Source of the DNA: Hormiphora californensis
Lineage: Eukaryota; Animalia; Ctenophora
Reading direction: 5' to 3'
Length of the DNA stretch: 64,000 nucleotides
Assembly (NCBI GenBank): GCA_020137815.1
Contig: CM035361.1
Coordinates: forward strand, 3,410,001-3,474,000
Below, piece after piece: positions 13,801 through 26,429 of this stretch. Position numbers and translations under genes: made by a program. Positions within the stretch are counted from its first letter, which is position 1, and every line of letters begins with the position of its first letter. Under the pieces are notes generated by a model. That model saw only the letters and a list, made by a program, of their open reading frames with translations. It was not told the origin of the DNA and made no database searches.

Positions 13801-14607
13801 TTAGGTTTTGGGTTGGGTTAGGATTTTAGACAAAGAGTCCGGGTTGGAGGATTTGGCGCCAAAATGTACTAGAGGACTCTATATCTAAAAATTTTACACA
13901 GGGCGGACTCTTTATCTAAAAAGTCTACACAGGGAGGACTCTTTATCTAAACTTTTTTCAAAATCTAACTGTAGATAAAGAGTCCGTTTTTAGATATAGA
14001 GTCCGCCTTGGATTTAGATAAAAGGTCCGTTAGCACTAGAGTCCGCCCACCCAATATTAGTACATCGGGCGTTCACATTTTTACTTCACCCTACGTTTGT
14101 AGGTTGCTGACTTTACTTCTTTGTAATAGTTAGTAGCATATTATAACACTTCCAAACAATATCATGCCAAATCACAGCCGCGTTAGTTAATAAAATGACA
14201 CTACACAATTATTTTGTATGTAGGTGTGCCCATTGGCAAACAGTCACAAAACGCTTGTTTCTATTAATTTCAGTTCACAATAAATTATATCTCAGCAATT
14301 TTGTAAACCTCCAGAACTTCCGTTACTAACTTGAGTACAAAAAACTTTGTTTCGGAAATATAAATTTCTGGGTGAAACTACTATCTCCTTCGCTCCAAAT
14401 AATGCATGACACAGTCACACACACATGTATCAGACAGATTATTCGTTCCACATAGTACCAGACAAGACATGACTCTTCCTCTTTGAGGCTGTCCTCACGA
14501 TGATCTTGATGATGCAGTTAGACATCCCGGACATGCCGCTTTCTCTTTATGGCAGAAACCCACCAAAGTGCTTCTCTTACTAAGAAAGAGAGAGAAGGGA
14601 GAGCGAG

Positions 14608-14680
<73 letters not shown>

Positions 14681-17600
14681 GAGCGAGCGAGAGAGAAAGA
14701 GAGAGGCACATAATAAATATTTTCCCACGAATCAAATTAAGTCATTCGATGCGGTCATACCACATACCAGAGCTTTCCAGGCTTTAATTAAAGTCAATTT
14801 CGAGTTTAAATTGGGACACTCTTTATGTTTTGCAGAAACCAACGTACACTACGTGTTTCCAATTGAACTTGATGAAAAAAGGTTTTTAGCGGTTTTTCGG
14901 TGTTCATTATAAGTCGTAACAGAATCCCCAGAATAAAGTGATAATAATTACTGGCGGCTGCAGGCTATTTTATGAGACATAAACTGGCCAGTTTATCAGT
15001 CATAAATTACGTTAACAATTAAAACCTGGTTTAGGCTTGGGGGCACAGCATGTGTAGGTGAGAGAGAGGGCAATAGAGAGAGAGAGAAAGAACGTAGTGC
15101 GGCAGCAATAATAAAATTCCCATCTATAATTTTGCCGGAAGGAGAGAACTAAACTACCCCACAGAAATATAATTAACAAACACACTCATTTTCAGTTCCA
15201 GTTCTTCATCAGGCGGATCAGGGAACGGATCAAGATACAGCTCAACCTCATACACGCCACGATCTAGTAAGTTATGTACAACTTCATACACGCCACGATC
15301 TAGTAAGTTATGTACAACCTCATACACGCCACGATCTAGTAAGGTACTTACAACTCTCTATCCTTCTCATGTAATTGTAGACTTATATCTAAGTAGGGTA
15401 TCTATGAGACAGCCCCGTGTTTACCCTTGCGTTGCGACTGAGAGATGAGGGTAATCAAACAAATAAAGGTCCCCCCAAACTACTATGTCCCTTGCTGCGC
15501 GCGACCGGATTTTAGACGGCCATAGCTCCACCCCCTGATAAAATAGAGACTTGAAATTTTTTTTGTAGGGAGATCATATCGAGTTCTTCGTACAAAACAA
15601 ATTTCAAGTCTTTATCTCATCAGGGAGTGGAGTTATGACCGTGGGAAATTTTACAAAATCCGAGTGAGGGACATAGTAGTTTGGGGTGTACTTTAGGACA
15701 ACCTAGATGTACTCCATAATATTCCCACTCCTTGCCTTGATTGACCCTGTCAGCTGTCACCCAAAAAGAATTTGAACACCCCCACCCTCCCCACAGACTA
15801 TGATACAGGACGGAGCACCAGCAGCTATCTGAGCTCCCAGCCAACACCGAGTTCTAGAAACTCCAGCATCACCGACTACACACCTCGCAACTCAAGACGC
15901 ACCGGATCGGTATGTACTTCTTGCACTCTTGGCCTAAAGTCAGATTTTATGAAGTTGTCACCCCAAAATGCACGTGGGTGAAAACTTCAAAAAATCCAAC
16001 TTTACGCTGCAGTCCCAGCTGTATTAGGAGAGCCGTCAAAAACGTGCACACGGAAGGACTGCAGCACATGCCAAATTGCACTCTCTTGATCTGAATCAAG
16101 AACCCCCTAGATTCAGCCTCACTTTTGATTCAGCTTCCATTTCTCGATCTGGTAGATTTCTTGGTATGAAAGGTGTTACTTATTAGTAGCAGACAGTAAA
16201 AGTAGACATTCCCCTTTGACAGAAAATATATCAGACCTACTAGAACTTTCTTCCCTAGAATATCTATCGGCCGACTCTCTGTTCTCACTGTTCTCTCTCA
16301 ACTTTTGTCTATCCTTTGACGAAAACTTGAACTCATAAGATGCTATTTTCTGAAGTCCTTGCAACTTTAATAAAAGTTGATAGAAAATAATAGGAATGGG
16401 TTGGGAGGGATAAAAATACAAACTCCATTTTCTATAGAAACTCAACAAATACTCCAGACACACTCGAGCTCTACAGACATTGTGCAGACAGACCCTGTCA
16501 TTAACTATTTTCTCTCTCTAGTCTCTACGGACATATTATATGTCTTCCTACTTTTGGCAAAGAATATAAAAAAGTATTATCTCTTATTACTGTCAGACCC
16601 CGATTTACCGAGATGCTCGGCCGGGGAAATGGTTTTACCTCTTATTATACCTCTAGAAGTCTACCAGATCGAAATCCCTGCAGCTCCTGCATGTACAACT
16701 ACTTTTTGGGTTAAAAAACAAATCATCCCTCGACTTCAATCCGAAGCATTGTAACGGTGTAATTTTCACTCCCCTTTCATATTTCGTTATCATTCACACA
16801 TGGATCACGGGGTAGATCTTAACTACGTTGCAGTCCCCAGGGGCTTCTAGCACAGATCACGTCTCTAACGTGTGAGATCAACATCAGATCACGTCTCACG
16901 CGTGAGGGCCGTGCACACACGTATCCACACACACATTTGCAGATCAGTGACGATCAGTCCTACGGGGGTCTCCCGCCCCTTCCCTCACGCACACGACGCC
17001 TGGTATGTGATCACGAGTGAAACACGGGTGTTTTTTATGTCAGTTTTTCTAAATGTACTTCCATCCTTTTGGAGATTTCACTCAAACAGTGTGTGATAAA
17101 TGTGTTTGAGCGGGTATGTGTGTGGATGTACGTTATCGGAACCAATTCTATCTGTCTAAATCTTCCTTTAGGACATTTCTTACCCTCTTTCTGTGAACTT
17201 CTGTGTGAATGCTTGAAAACTTTCTGAGAAAACGTCTGTAGTAAACTTATAATCCGTGAGATTGCAAGTGCCCCCATATTTCCACTATCGTGAGATTGTC
17301 CCCTCTCCAGAATCCAGGAAACCGATCTACCCTTGCTGCACCCCCAGCTGCAGGAGGTGGTCTCAGGAAAAGTAGCAGTTACTCTGGTCTCCACTGGGTA
17401 TGTGTGATCCGTCCCTCACAGGGATCGTCTCACTTCTTTTTCTTCTCTGAAAACTGCTCTTCATCATGACTTCACCTCTTCATGGTCTACTTTCTATATC
17501 TTTTTTTTATTTGAACCGGTACCACGGCAAAAAAAACTTCGCCAAAAAACTTTCTATCTCGCTACTTCTGAAACAAAAGCTTGAACACGGGATACACATT

Positions 17601-19051
17601 GTGTCATCAGAATTTACATGAAAATAAGTCATACACACGCAATTTTTGTGAGACTATTTTTAACTGTAAAGTTGTTCTCTCTGTATCTCTCACACACACA
17701 CACACACATTCTCTCTTTCTCTGTCTCTCTCTCTATCTCCTAGTTTTCTCGCTCACTATTATCAGGCTTCAACTGATGAATATTCTTTCGTACACATTCC
17801 TCCGGTGGAAAATTCCCCCTAATTACCATAGAATATGTGACGCAGGGAGGGAGAAAGATAGAAAGATAGAGATATAGAAAGAGAGAAATAGAAAGGATAG
17901 AACTGGAGAATTAGAGATGGAATTGAAAGTAGAAAATAAAAAGCCAGCCAGCAAATAGTAAAACTAAATAATAAGTGCGAGAGAGAGTGTGTGATTGAGA
18001 GATTAGTATCACCTCCACCGTCCACAGTCGCCTTCACACTTCATCGCACTTGTTGCTGTGAGAAACTTTTCAATAATGAACGATAATTCATTCTATTTTG
18101 AGATACATTTCAGAATTGTTGCAATGTGCTAATGAAAGCTAAAAAGCATCAAATTCCCAGCACTTTTTAGAATTAGCACGTAACATACAGGACCCTCAAT
18201 CAGCCTCAGCACTGCCCCTAGAGCAATGAACAAACTCATATTTAGCACAGAAAATTATAGTAGCCAATAATTCACAGCAATCAATGAATCCCAAATGCCA
18301 CAAACCTAAAGTGCATCCTTTAGGTGCACTAATTTAAAATAATTCACATCATCGCTGTATTACCTAGGGTGATGCAGCCTCATTTACCTTTCTCCCCAAA
18401 CAACAACACTACCCCTCACAGCTACATGATGACTCGAGGAAAAAGGTCAGCGGAGACTACACCTACAAAAGTCACCGGCGACAAGGCTCCAATTCCTCAG
18501 TGACATCTGCAGATCTGATCCTGGAAACAAGCACGGCTACTACTACACCTGCTTCTAGTAAGTTCGGTAAACTAATTCTAGCAGTTTTGGGAGCTTGCCA
18601 ACAAATCCACGTAACAGACTATATAAATATTTTTGAAAACAAGAAACTCAATTTCGTATTTAACTGTTTATTTACTCGGTACAGACACCAGGCGAGGGTC
18701 TGGAAAGCGTGATTTGGAGGGAATACTGGGAAGGGATGACCACCAACTTGTGCTTAAGATTATTGAGGAAAACAAGGAACTGATATCTTCATCAACCACA
18801 TCTTCCCTGACAGCACAGGTACTAATTCAAGTTGTGATTGTCTGTCAATTTATGGATGATCATCCCTAGCTAATTGAGCTCAAAACATCCTATGCTAATC
18901 AACCCAAGGACTAAAATGCCTTCGATCGAACTATAATAACCGTACACCTAATCTTTAGGAACGAAAACTGGTGGAAAAGATAAGGGATGCATCGATAAGA
19001 GGCAAGACACTGGAGCCCCTTGATGCCCTGAGGATCATAGAATCATACTAG
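10873..19051 (+). CDS. Multi-exon Ser/Tyr/Gly-rich protein of unknown identity (5' exons not found)
   Basis: Frame-consistent AG/GT exons 10873-10914, 12617-12729, 13144-13192, 15196-15266, 15797-15909, 18422-18557, 18685-18818, 18959-19051 (TAG). Peptide DTPLRRTSLTQYSG...SSYTP repeats...KIIEENKEL...ERKLVEKIRDASIRGKTLEPLDALRIIESY*. Confidence 0.75.
12970..13062. repeat. Short inverted-repeat element (MITE-like hairpin)
   Basis: ATAGAGATTACAAAGTTAAGAGGAAGACTAC ... GTAGTCTTCCTCTTAACTTTCTAATCTCTAT. Confidence 0.6.
13327..13413. mobile_element. Tc1/mariner-type MITE (CAGTC(C/G)GAC...CCGACTG family)
   Basis: TA flanks and TIRs shared with the copy at 43205-43379; another fragment lies near 16590-16620. 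Confidence 0.65.
13466..14051. mobile_element. Mutator-like MITE with internal GGACTCT(A/T)TATCTA repeats and a (TTAGGG)n core
   Basis: TIRs GCGGACTCTAGTGCTA / TAGCACTAGAGTCCGC; CAATATTAGT duplicated at 13456-13465 and 14052-14061; telomere-like hexamers at about 13770-13822. Confidence 0.75.
14590..14705. repeat. (GA)n microsatellite
   Basis: Read directly from the sequence. Confidence 0.95.
15243..15343 (+). repeat. 36-bp tandem triplication of an exon end plus 5' splice site
   Basis: CAAC(C/T)TCATACACGCCACGATCTA|GTAAG occurs three times, with GT at 15267, 15303 and 15339. Confidence 0.9.
15474..15686. mobile_element. Diverged MITE-like inverted repeat
   Basis: CCCCAAACTACTATGTCCCT...AGGGACATAGTAGTTTGGGG, with inner arms AGACTTGAAATTT/AAATTTCAAGTCT. 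Confidence 0.55.
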
Positions 19052-20128
19052 CACCCCCCCTTCTGTTGCCTTGTTCAACCCTCTCTCTCCCCCCACGAGT
19101 GAGATATAAAGGAGGGTTAGAACAGCCCTTCTGTGTGAGTGCTATTGGTCAAGTACAGAATATCATGTGCTCTAATGTACAGTGTGTATCATCATCATCA
19201 TCATCATCGTGATTAAAACAGACAGTGAACACACCTGGAGTCAGTTGAAAGACATTTTAAGATAAAGTGAAAAATGGAGAAGGTGATGTATATCAAGAAC
19301 GATTGGAGATGTATATATCAAGATAGATTGGAGATGGTGATGTATATCAGGAAAGAAAGCCTATACTAATGATCTGTAACAAGAAAGTAAGCCTATACTG
19401 GTGATCTGTATCAGTAAAGAAAGCCTGGAGAAACAAAATGTTGTGTGTGACGGATCAAGGTGTATTGTATAGAGAGGACTGCCACTCAAGACTTTTAATG
19501 GAGTTGAACTGTTATAGTGTGGCGATGAAGTGTGATACTAAAATTTAGAGATAGTATTAAGTTTGTACAAGTTGTTTTATCATAAATTAAATACTTTTCT
19601 AATCCGTTTTAATAAACAAATTTAGAAATTGGAGTTTATTTATCCGGTTATTTACTGAGTTTTTAAAATGCCCAAAATCGTGTTTTATTATATTTCAATT
19701 CGACATGATGGAGACATGATTGTACATGGCTTGGGGAGGGCGAAGGCTTGCGATTGACACTAAACTCAATGGCATTTACAATTACTGGCGGAGGGAAAAA
19801 AGGACATGCAAAGTGTAAGTGAGTGAAACTGTTGAGCGGGCCGAGTCAATGCCCCCTATTGCTGCTCGCGAACAACTCGTCCACCAGTTCATAATACCGG
19901 GGAGTTTAAACTGCATGATACTGCTTAACAATGACTTGGTTGAATGACAAACTTGGAGAAGAAACGCGAGAGTTAAATTAGTATAAAATAGGTATAAAAG
20001 TAAAATTTTTGTTACATTTCGTACCAAATCATGATTTAGCTGCTATTTATCCAAAATCCATGCAAAAAATTATAAACATATAACACACACTTAAAAATTC
20101 CCCAGATCCCACACGCTGTTCCTACTTA

Positions 20129-21838
20129 CTACGCCCCCTCAGTTGAGATCTCTCCTTTTTCCTCAATAATTTCCTCTTTCTCCCAAAGCTTTCTCTTAAC
20201 AAGAGAGAAGGGTCTCTCCTCAGAGCAGGGCCATGTAGAGCTTACAATCGTAGTCCAATGATTCCTTGCCACTGTGGCCAGTGTCCCATCGTGAGGCAAC
20301 GGCTCCCTGACGAATTCGGTTTGGTCTTCCTTTTTCCTTTTTTCATCAGTCTGCTTACTCTCTTCATCCAGAGCCTTCACAAAATTGCAGCAAACCTCTG
20401 CGCTGATGATCGGTTCTAGGGCATCCTTTAACAATGACAACGTTTCTTCGTCACAAAGGGAGAAGTTGAAGTTTTCCAGCCAGTAATTCAGTAGTGGAAT
20501 ATCGTGCTTAACCATCAAAAGAGTCAGAGTATGCTCCATGAATCTTTTTACTAAGCCAAAATCGACCACCATAGCGATAGCCAAGTCAAAATGGGATCGA
20601 TTTTTTGTTTCGGCCATTTGTGAAAATAAGCGAAACTGGAACTTAGGATTTTTTAATGGGATGCACGAAAGAAAGTGTTCCAATAGATTCGGATTTCCAT
20701 ACTTCACAGCTGAGTCTAGTGCTAGAAAACCGTAATTCCAGTAGGCATCGAAATCCTCGGTTGGTTTCGGGAGATTTTTTATAAAAAACTCTAAGCAGCC
20801 TTCCTTTGCCCAGTCACATTTAAACACAGCAACCATTTTTACAAAATTACTGAAAACTTCGAATTCGGTCGTTTCAGATAACAATTCAAGAGTCCCGGTG
20901 TAACAAGCATCCACAAAGATTCGAACAGATTTAGGATCAAAGTCAGAAACATCATGGTCCAATTCTCCCTCCTCCTCAATAATATTCTTCAGGACAGGAG
21001 AGTTTTCAGCTAGAATGTAGGAATTAAGAGGGATTTTGATATTGTCCTTCAGGCAAAAGCTCGCGTTTCCATGAGTTTCAATAGACAGATACTCTCTCCC
21101 AAAGTTGACGCCCTTTCTAACCTCAGCATGGTATGGGAATGGTTGATCGTGTATCAAAAATGTGACATCTGAATCTTCGTTAGTCTGATTTCCGAAACAA
21201 ATATATTTTCCCAAATCTCCAAACTTAGTTTCGATAGATGTGGGTCCTCGCAGGCTTATTACTACCGCTCCACTGGGTAGATTTGACTCAAGTTTTCCTT
21301 CTTTGTTGTACTTTTTTACCATAAACTTCATGCCGTTGTCAGTTTTTTGACCTTCGATTATCCAAGTCGAGTCATTTGCTTGATGTCTGCTGGTTTTCGG
21401 TTTATTCGAAAGGAAGTCCTTTGCCAGTCGATGAAAAATCACTTTGTTCAATTTCGGTTCGAAAACATCGGGTGGTCCATGATAGCTTTCCTCAATTGTA
21501 ATCTTTGCTTCGATAGTAAACGTTTCCATTGCAGCCAGTTCCTGCGATGGCATGAAATTGTTCCAACCTCTTCCGGTACGGTGGCTATTTGAGAATTTGA
21601 AACTTTCAATCGTCCGTACAGTCCCAGAAGATTGTTCAGTCAGCGAAAATGTGGTTATACACATCCATTCCTTCGTTGATTGTAATGGATCACAGCGAAC
21701 AAATACACTCAAGTTACCATCTCTTTTTTCCACAGATATTGCCCATACAAAATCCCCGATAATTGTTTTTTCGCAAGTATATAGAGGATCAATAGAAGAT
21801 TTCACAAACTCGGCAGATATTGTTTTTGTTGTTTCCAT
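20129..21838 (-). CDS. Intronless MATH-BTB domain protein (569 aa), putative Cullin-3 adaptor
   Basis: N-terminal MATH-like segment (WAISVEKRDGNLSVFVRC...GRGWNNFM...FTIEAKITI); BTB-like segment (IPLNSYILAENSPVLKNII...DFDPKSVRIFVDACYTG...VAVFKCDWAKEGC); pyrimidine tract + AG 14 nt upstream of the ATG. Confidence 0.75.
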   Translation of the reverse strand: METTKTISAEFVKSSIDPLYTCEKTIIGDFVWAISVEKRDGNLSVFVRCDPLQSTKEWMCITTFSLTEQSSGTVRTIESFKFSNSHRTGRGWNNFMPSQELAAMETFTIEAKITIEESYHGPPDVFEPKLNKVIFHRLAKDFLSNKPKTSRHQANDSTWIIEGQKTDNGMKFMVKKYNKEGKLESNLPSGAVVISLRGPTSIETKFGDLGKYICFGNQTNEDSDVTFLIHDQPFPYHAEVRKGVNFGREYLSIETHGNASFCLKDNIKIPLNSYILAENSPVLKNIIEEEGELDHDVSDFDPKSVRIFVDACYTGTLELLSETTEFEVFSNFVKMVAVFKCDWAKEGCLEFFIKNLPKPTEDFDAYWNYGFLALDSAVKYGNPNLLEHFLSCIPLKNPKFQFRLFSQMAETKNRSHFDLAIAMVVDFGLVKRFMEHTLTLLMVKHDIPLLNYWLENFNFSLCDEETLSLLKDALEPIISAEVCCNFVKALDEESKQTDEKRKKEDQTEFVREPLPHDGTLATVARNHWTTIVSSTWPCSEERPFSLVKRKLWEKEEIIEEKGEISTEGA

Positions 21839-22629
21839 GGTGATTTGTGCAGCTAGAGGGAAGAAACATGGATCATTACCAAATCAGAAAGCTCGGTGGA
21901 AAATATTTAGTTCAGAAGAAGGCAAGTATAACTCTTTACTCTAAAACTGCAACAGCTGTATCATATTACTGTAACTCCTTATCACTTTTCTAAGCTATGT
22001 CCCTACCGCAATGCATATATTATCTTTCTACATACTTCACTACTTCAGTCGCATTAAACGGATAAATAAGAGGCGAAAAATTTGCATATTGGTGTAGGAC
22101 CCTCTACGGGGAATTGAAACGATATTCATTTAAAATCAGACTTTCAATTTTATTTTATATTTCTACCCAAAAAGTGGGTCCTGCACTAGTTGTAGTATTG
22201 TAGTCCTCTTTGCACAGATACTGCACGGATGTCAGCTCCTCATGGGGGGGTTCCCATGGTATACTTTGGTATACTTTGGTATACTTTGGCATATGGAAAA
22301 TTCCAAAAAAAATATGTGGAAGGTACCAAAGTATACCAAAGTATACCATATCTTTTTAATAGCTTTACGTACTTTAAAGTGTTAATTTACAATAATTAAG
22401 GCTTTAAAACAGTTTGTATAAACTTTCTTAACTCATAAACTTAAGGTTAACTAGGCTAAATTGGCTAATTTCATAGAATCGAGGAAACTTATTTTGCCTA
22501 TGAAATGATGAGTCACAAAACTGGGGTTTGACACATTGGGACTCATTTGAGTGCGATAAAAAACTTTTTAAAAAGTCAAGAAAAAGTTCAAACAGTATTT
22601 GGTAAAGTCTGTAAATATTTTTCAAAAAT

Positions 22630-22700
22630 TGCCTCAACCGGGAATTGAACCCCTGGCCACTGAGTGGCCAGCCTTGAGCACTAGCCGGGTGATGTAACAT
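22630..22700 (-). pseudogene. Degenerate tRNA-like sequence (3' half and B-box intact)
   Basis: Minus strand ...GGCTGGCCACTCAGTGGCCAGGGGTTCAATTCCCGGTTGAGGCA-ATTTTT has a T-arm/B-box followed by a T-run. The 5' half is poor and abuts the LINE junction. Confidence 0.5.
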
Positions 22701-22702
22701 AC

Positions 22703-24998
22703 TTGTTGAGTGTGAGGATGCTTGTTGAGTGTGAGGATCTGGGTGATGAGGATGGATCATTGTTTGTGGAAGCTGTCCGAGATAGAGTGTTCAAGGTGGT
22801 TAAGTCACATTGCCGAGTGAAGAAAATGCGAAAGGACTTTGTAGACAAGGAGCTCAGGCATTTGACTAGCAGGAGGCGTAAACTTGATAAACGTAAGAAC
22901 GATTCAGTAAAGTGGAAATCGGTGATGGATTGTTTAATTGGGAAAATCAAATCCCATCTGATATCAAGGGACAAGAAAGTGGAGAGGAAGGCTGTGGGTG
23001 CTATCAAGGTGAACCCCAAGTACTTTTATACTCACGTTAAAAAGAACTCCAAGGTTAAATCATCAGTTGCCCCCCTTCAGCGTACGGATGGTTCCTTAAC
23101 TGTGGACCCCCTGGAGAAGGCTAACCTACTACAACAGCAGTTTGCTAGCGTCTTCAGCAATCCGGCGGCTATTGATCCTTCTGTGGCAGCGGGTAACATT
23201 GAGGACCTCGGTGAGATCCTGACGACCATGGATTTTTCACAGAATTGTATCCAGAGTGCACTAGAGGAGCTTAAACCCTTTTCGGCCTCACCTCCGGGCT
23301 GCATTCCTTCGTGCATTCTGAAACGATGTAACGGCAGCTTGTCTTATCCTATATGGATGTTATGGAACAAGTCATTTGAAGATGGTGCTGTTCCAAATTG
23401 TTTAAAGCAGCAGTTCATAACACCGATCTTTAAGAAAGGGTCGAAGTCTACGACGGCAAATTATCGCCCTGTGTCGATCACCAGTCACCTATCGAAGGTA
23501 TTTGAGCGGCTAGTCAGAAAGAGAATAGCTGATTATTTGGATGAGATGCAGTTACAGAGTGAAACGCAACACGGTTTTCGAAAGGGACGTAGCACTATGT
23601 CCCAACTGTTATCTCATGTCGACTACATCCTAACCGAACTCTGTGGGGATAGAGAAGTTGATGTACTCTATTTAGATTTTTCTAAAGCTTTTGACTCGGT
23701 GGATATCAATTTGTTGCTAGCGAAGTTGAAAAGGTATGGGATTGGAGGAAAACTTCATCAGTGGATCAGTGCGTGGATCCTGGGCAGGCAGCAGTGTGTG
23801 ATGGTGGATGGGGTTAGGTCACCATGGGTGGAGGTGCTCAGCGGGGTGGCGCAGGGTAGTGTCCTGGGCCCTCTCCTCTTCCTTATTTATATACTGGACC
23901 TGGAGTCTGTTATACTGGATGGCAGTATGTGTCTCACCTTTGCGGATGATACCAAGTTAATGAAAGCCATAACAGATATTGTTGATCAGGAGGGTTTACA
24001 ATCTGATCTTTTGAAGGTTACAGAATGGGCCAAGATAAACAATATGGTGCTACATGACCAGAAATTTCAACTCCTGAGTTACAGACTGAACAAGTCGGCA
24101 ATCTACAAGGAATTCCCTTTTTCAGTTGACATATGTTCGTATACCACAAAATCTGGAGTACAACTGTTTCCTGAAGCTGATGTCCGTGACTTGGGTGTCC
24201 AGATGTCCTCGGATGGTTCTTGGTCTAAGCACATTGCCACCATTGTGAGGAGAGCCTCTCTCCTATCTGGGTGGATTTTCAGTGTTTTTCGAGATCGTTC
24301 ACCAGAGGTAATGTTGCAACTCTTCAAATCACTGGTCAGACCAATTTTGGAGTATTGTTGTCTGGTCTGGGATCCGTCAAAGTCTGGGGACATCAAGTCA
24401 ATTGAGAACGTCCAAAGGTGTTTTACTAGAAGACTTGATGGAATGCAGAATCTCGACTATTGGGAGAGATTAAAAGTTCTCAACCTGATGTCTCTTCAAC
24501 GTAGGAGACAACGTTACATGTTGATACATGTGTGGAAGACGATCCATGGGTTTGTTCCGAATTCTGCAAATCTTGTGTTCCAACACAGTGCAAGGCTGGG
24601 TATGAGGTTAGTCCCACCAGTGTTTCCATATCGGGCTGAGACCTGGAGAGCGAATCAGTACCATTCTTCCTTCGGACCGAGAGCTGCTCACCTGTGGAAC
24701 AGGTTGCCAGCGGCCGTTAACTCTTGCGGAAGCTTAGGTCAATTCAAATCATCGCTGGGCAATTACTTGACAGGCTTTTATGACCGTCCCCCTGTCAGAG
24801 GCTATCCATCACTTCCCAATGATATTTCCCCTCAATGTGCTGTTCATGTCTGAGAGTGGCTGAGAGGTGATACGTGTTTAATTTATTTAGAATTTTTTGA
24901 ATTTATTTGAATTTGAATTTGAATTTGACCCACTAAGGGAAGGCCTGTTGTGTACACTAAAACTTTTATTGTAAACTTGTAAACTTGTAAACTTGTAA
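22703..24998 (+). mobile_element. 5'-truncated CR1/L2-group LINE with an open RT frame (22703-24853)
   Basis: RT motifs NYRPVSITS, QHGFRKGRST, LDFSKAFDSV, GVAQGSVLGPLLF, FADD, VRDLGV, RPILEY; no endonuclease domain; 3' tail (AAACTTGT)n at about 24970-24998. Confidence 0.9.
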
Positions 24999-26429
24999 AA
25001 ATCCGTTTAATAAGCTTTATATTACCAATTTAGAACGAAATAAGGATGAAGTTTTACAAATTTAGTCAATTATTTTATCGCTTAAATTTTACATTTTTCA
25101 AAATTTTTATGGTATACTTTGGTATACCTTGGTATATTTTGGTATACTTTGGTATACTTTGGTATATGGAAAATCGCTGAAAAAGTTGTGGAAAGTGTCA
25201 AAGTATACCAAAGTATACCATGGGAACCCCCCCGCTCCTCATAGAGCCACCCTCCCTGAATTTTTAGTATTTTTAAGCGTTTTTAGACGATTTTAAGCAT
25301 TTCTGAGCAATTTTTGTGAAAGACGGGAGAAAAAGCCAAAATTTCTTGCACTGATCACAAGAAAAAATAATCTGCGCGCGCACAATTTTTTGGGTGAACC
25401 ATTCACGTCAAATTGCACTGTGGCGCGCGGTAAAACCCTCTTTATGCTCTGCCGTGCGTTACAGGTGCGCGCAGGTGTCAAGACAGGACTAAAATTCCAA
25501 AATTTCACAGTTTTCTTACTTTTTTTCCATTTTTTCTTTTTATCTCTCCGTCTTTTTCGGCCTGGGTGTCCGTGGACACCTGGACTGTGGACACCCATGA
25601 GCGCCGTCTCTGGGACCCAGACTTTCTTTACCCCTACTGCAGCATGCAAACTGCACAATGTTAGCAAGTGCGTTGGCACCATTTTTTCTGGGTATATATT
25701 CACTATTGAGTGGGATATTAAGTGCATAATTTACATTTACATTTACATTTACAGATAACAGACCTGAAATCCCTTTGACACGCAGTGCTTTTCAACATGA
25801 CAAGCTTAAAGCTTTTGAACATCACAAGCCTTTTCATCTGAAATTTTGTAAAAAATGTCTGGTCAATGAATTGAGCTTAAAAAATCAGTGTGCACAGCAT
25901 AAATTAAAATTTTGTGCGTGACGAGTCATGTGTGAGTCTTACGTTATGATGCGTCTAATCCCCGGTCCATTTTTTTCAACTGCTCACCCCCCCCCTTGTC
26001 TTGCAGACAAGAGCTGCGGCCTGCACGTGGGATTTTTATAAAGTCCAAATTTTAATTTAAGTGATAGGCCGCCGCACATTCAAAGAAGTCGTGCGGCGTT
26101 GTATTTGCGTGTGACAGTTCTAGAAACCTTTTCGCTTATATCTCCCGTTATTAATTAAGATAAAGAACTGATCTTGGTTGCGTTTGAAAGGTCTTGAAAT
26201 TATCTTTCCAATGCTTCCGGGTTCAAGTCTTAAGATTGCCAGGAACTCGATCTCGATTATCAAGCGCAAATACAACGCTGCACGATCTCTTTGAATGCAC
26301 GGCGGCCTGTCGCTCAAATAAAAAATTCGACTATAGCAAATGCCAATTCAACTTGAATTAGTTATTCAACTATTCACCTTGAAAAGCGACGCTACTCACT
26401 AAATTCATTATTCACTAAACATGAATTAG

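Larger units (their letters stand above)
22244..25233. mobile_element. Non-autonomous Mutator-like DNA transposon with nested LINE and tRNA-like cassette
   Basis: Termini G7TTCCCATGGTATAC...GTATACCATGGGAAC7; (ATACTTTGGT)n subterminal repeats; 9-bp TSD GCTCCTCAT at 22235-22243 and 25234-25242. Confidence 0.9.

Noticed and set aside
13770-13822. Chromosome end or fusion site
   Set aside because: Short, degenerate and internal to a TSD-flanked MITE.
14495-14912. ORFs rich in ER/SL/CV or FWGFL repeats (also 30061-30340, 36098-36610, 52235-52648, 59247-59678, 60677-60988)
   Set aside because: Translations of microsatellites and minisatellites.
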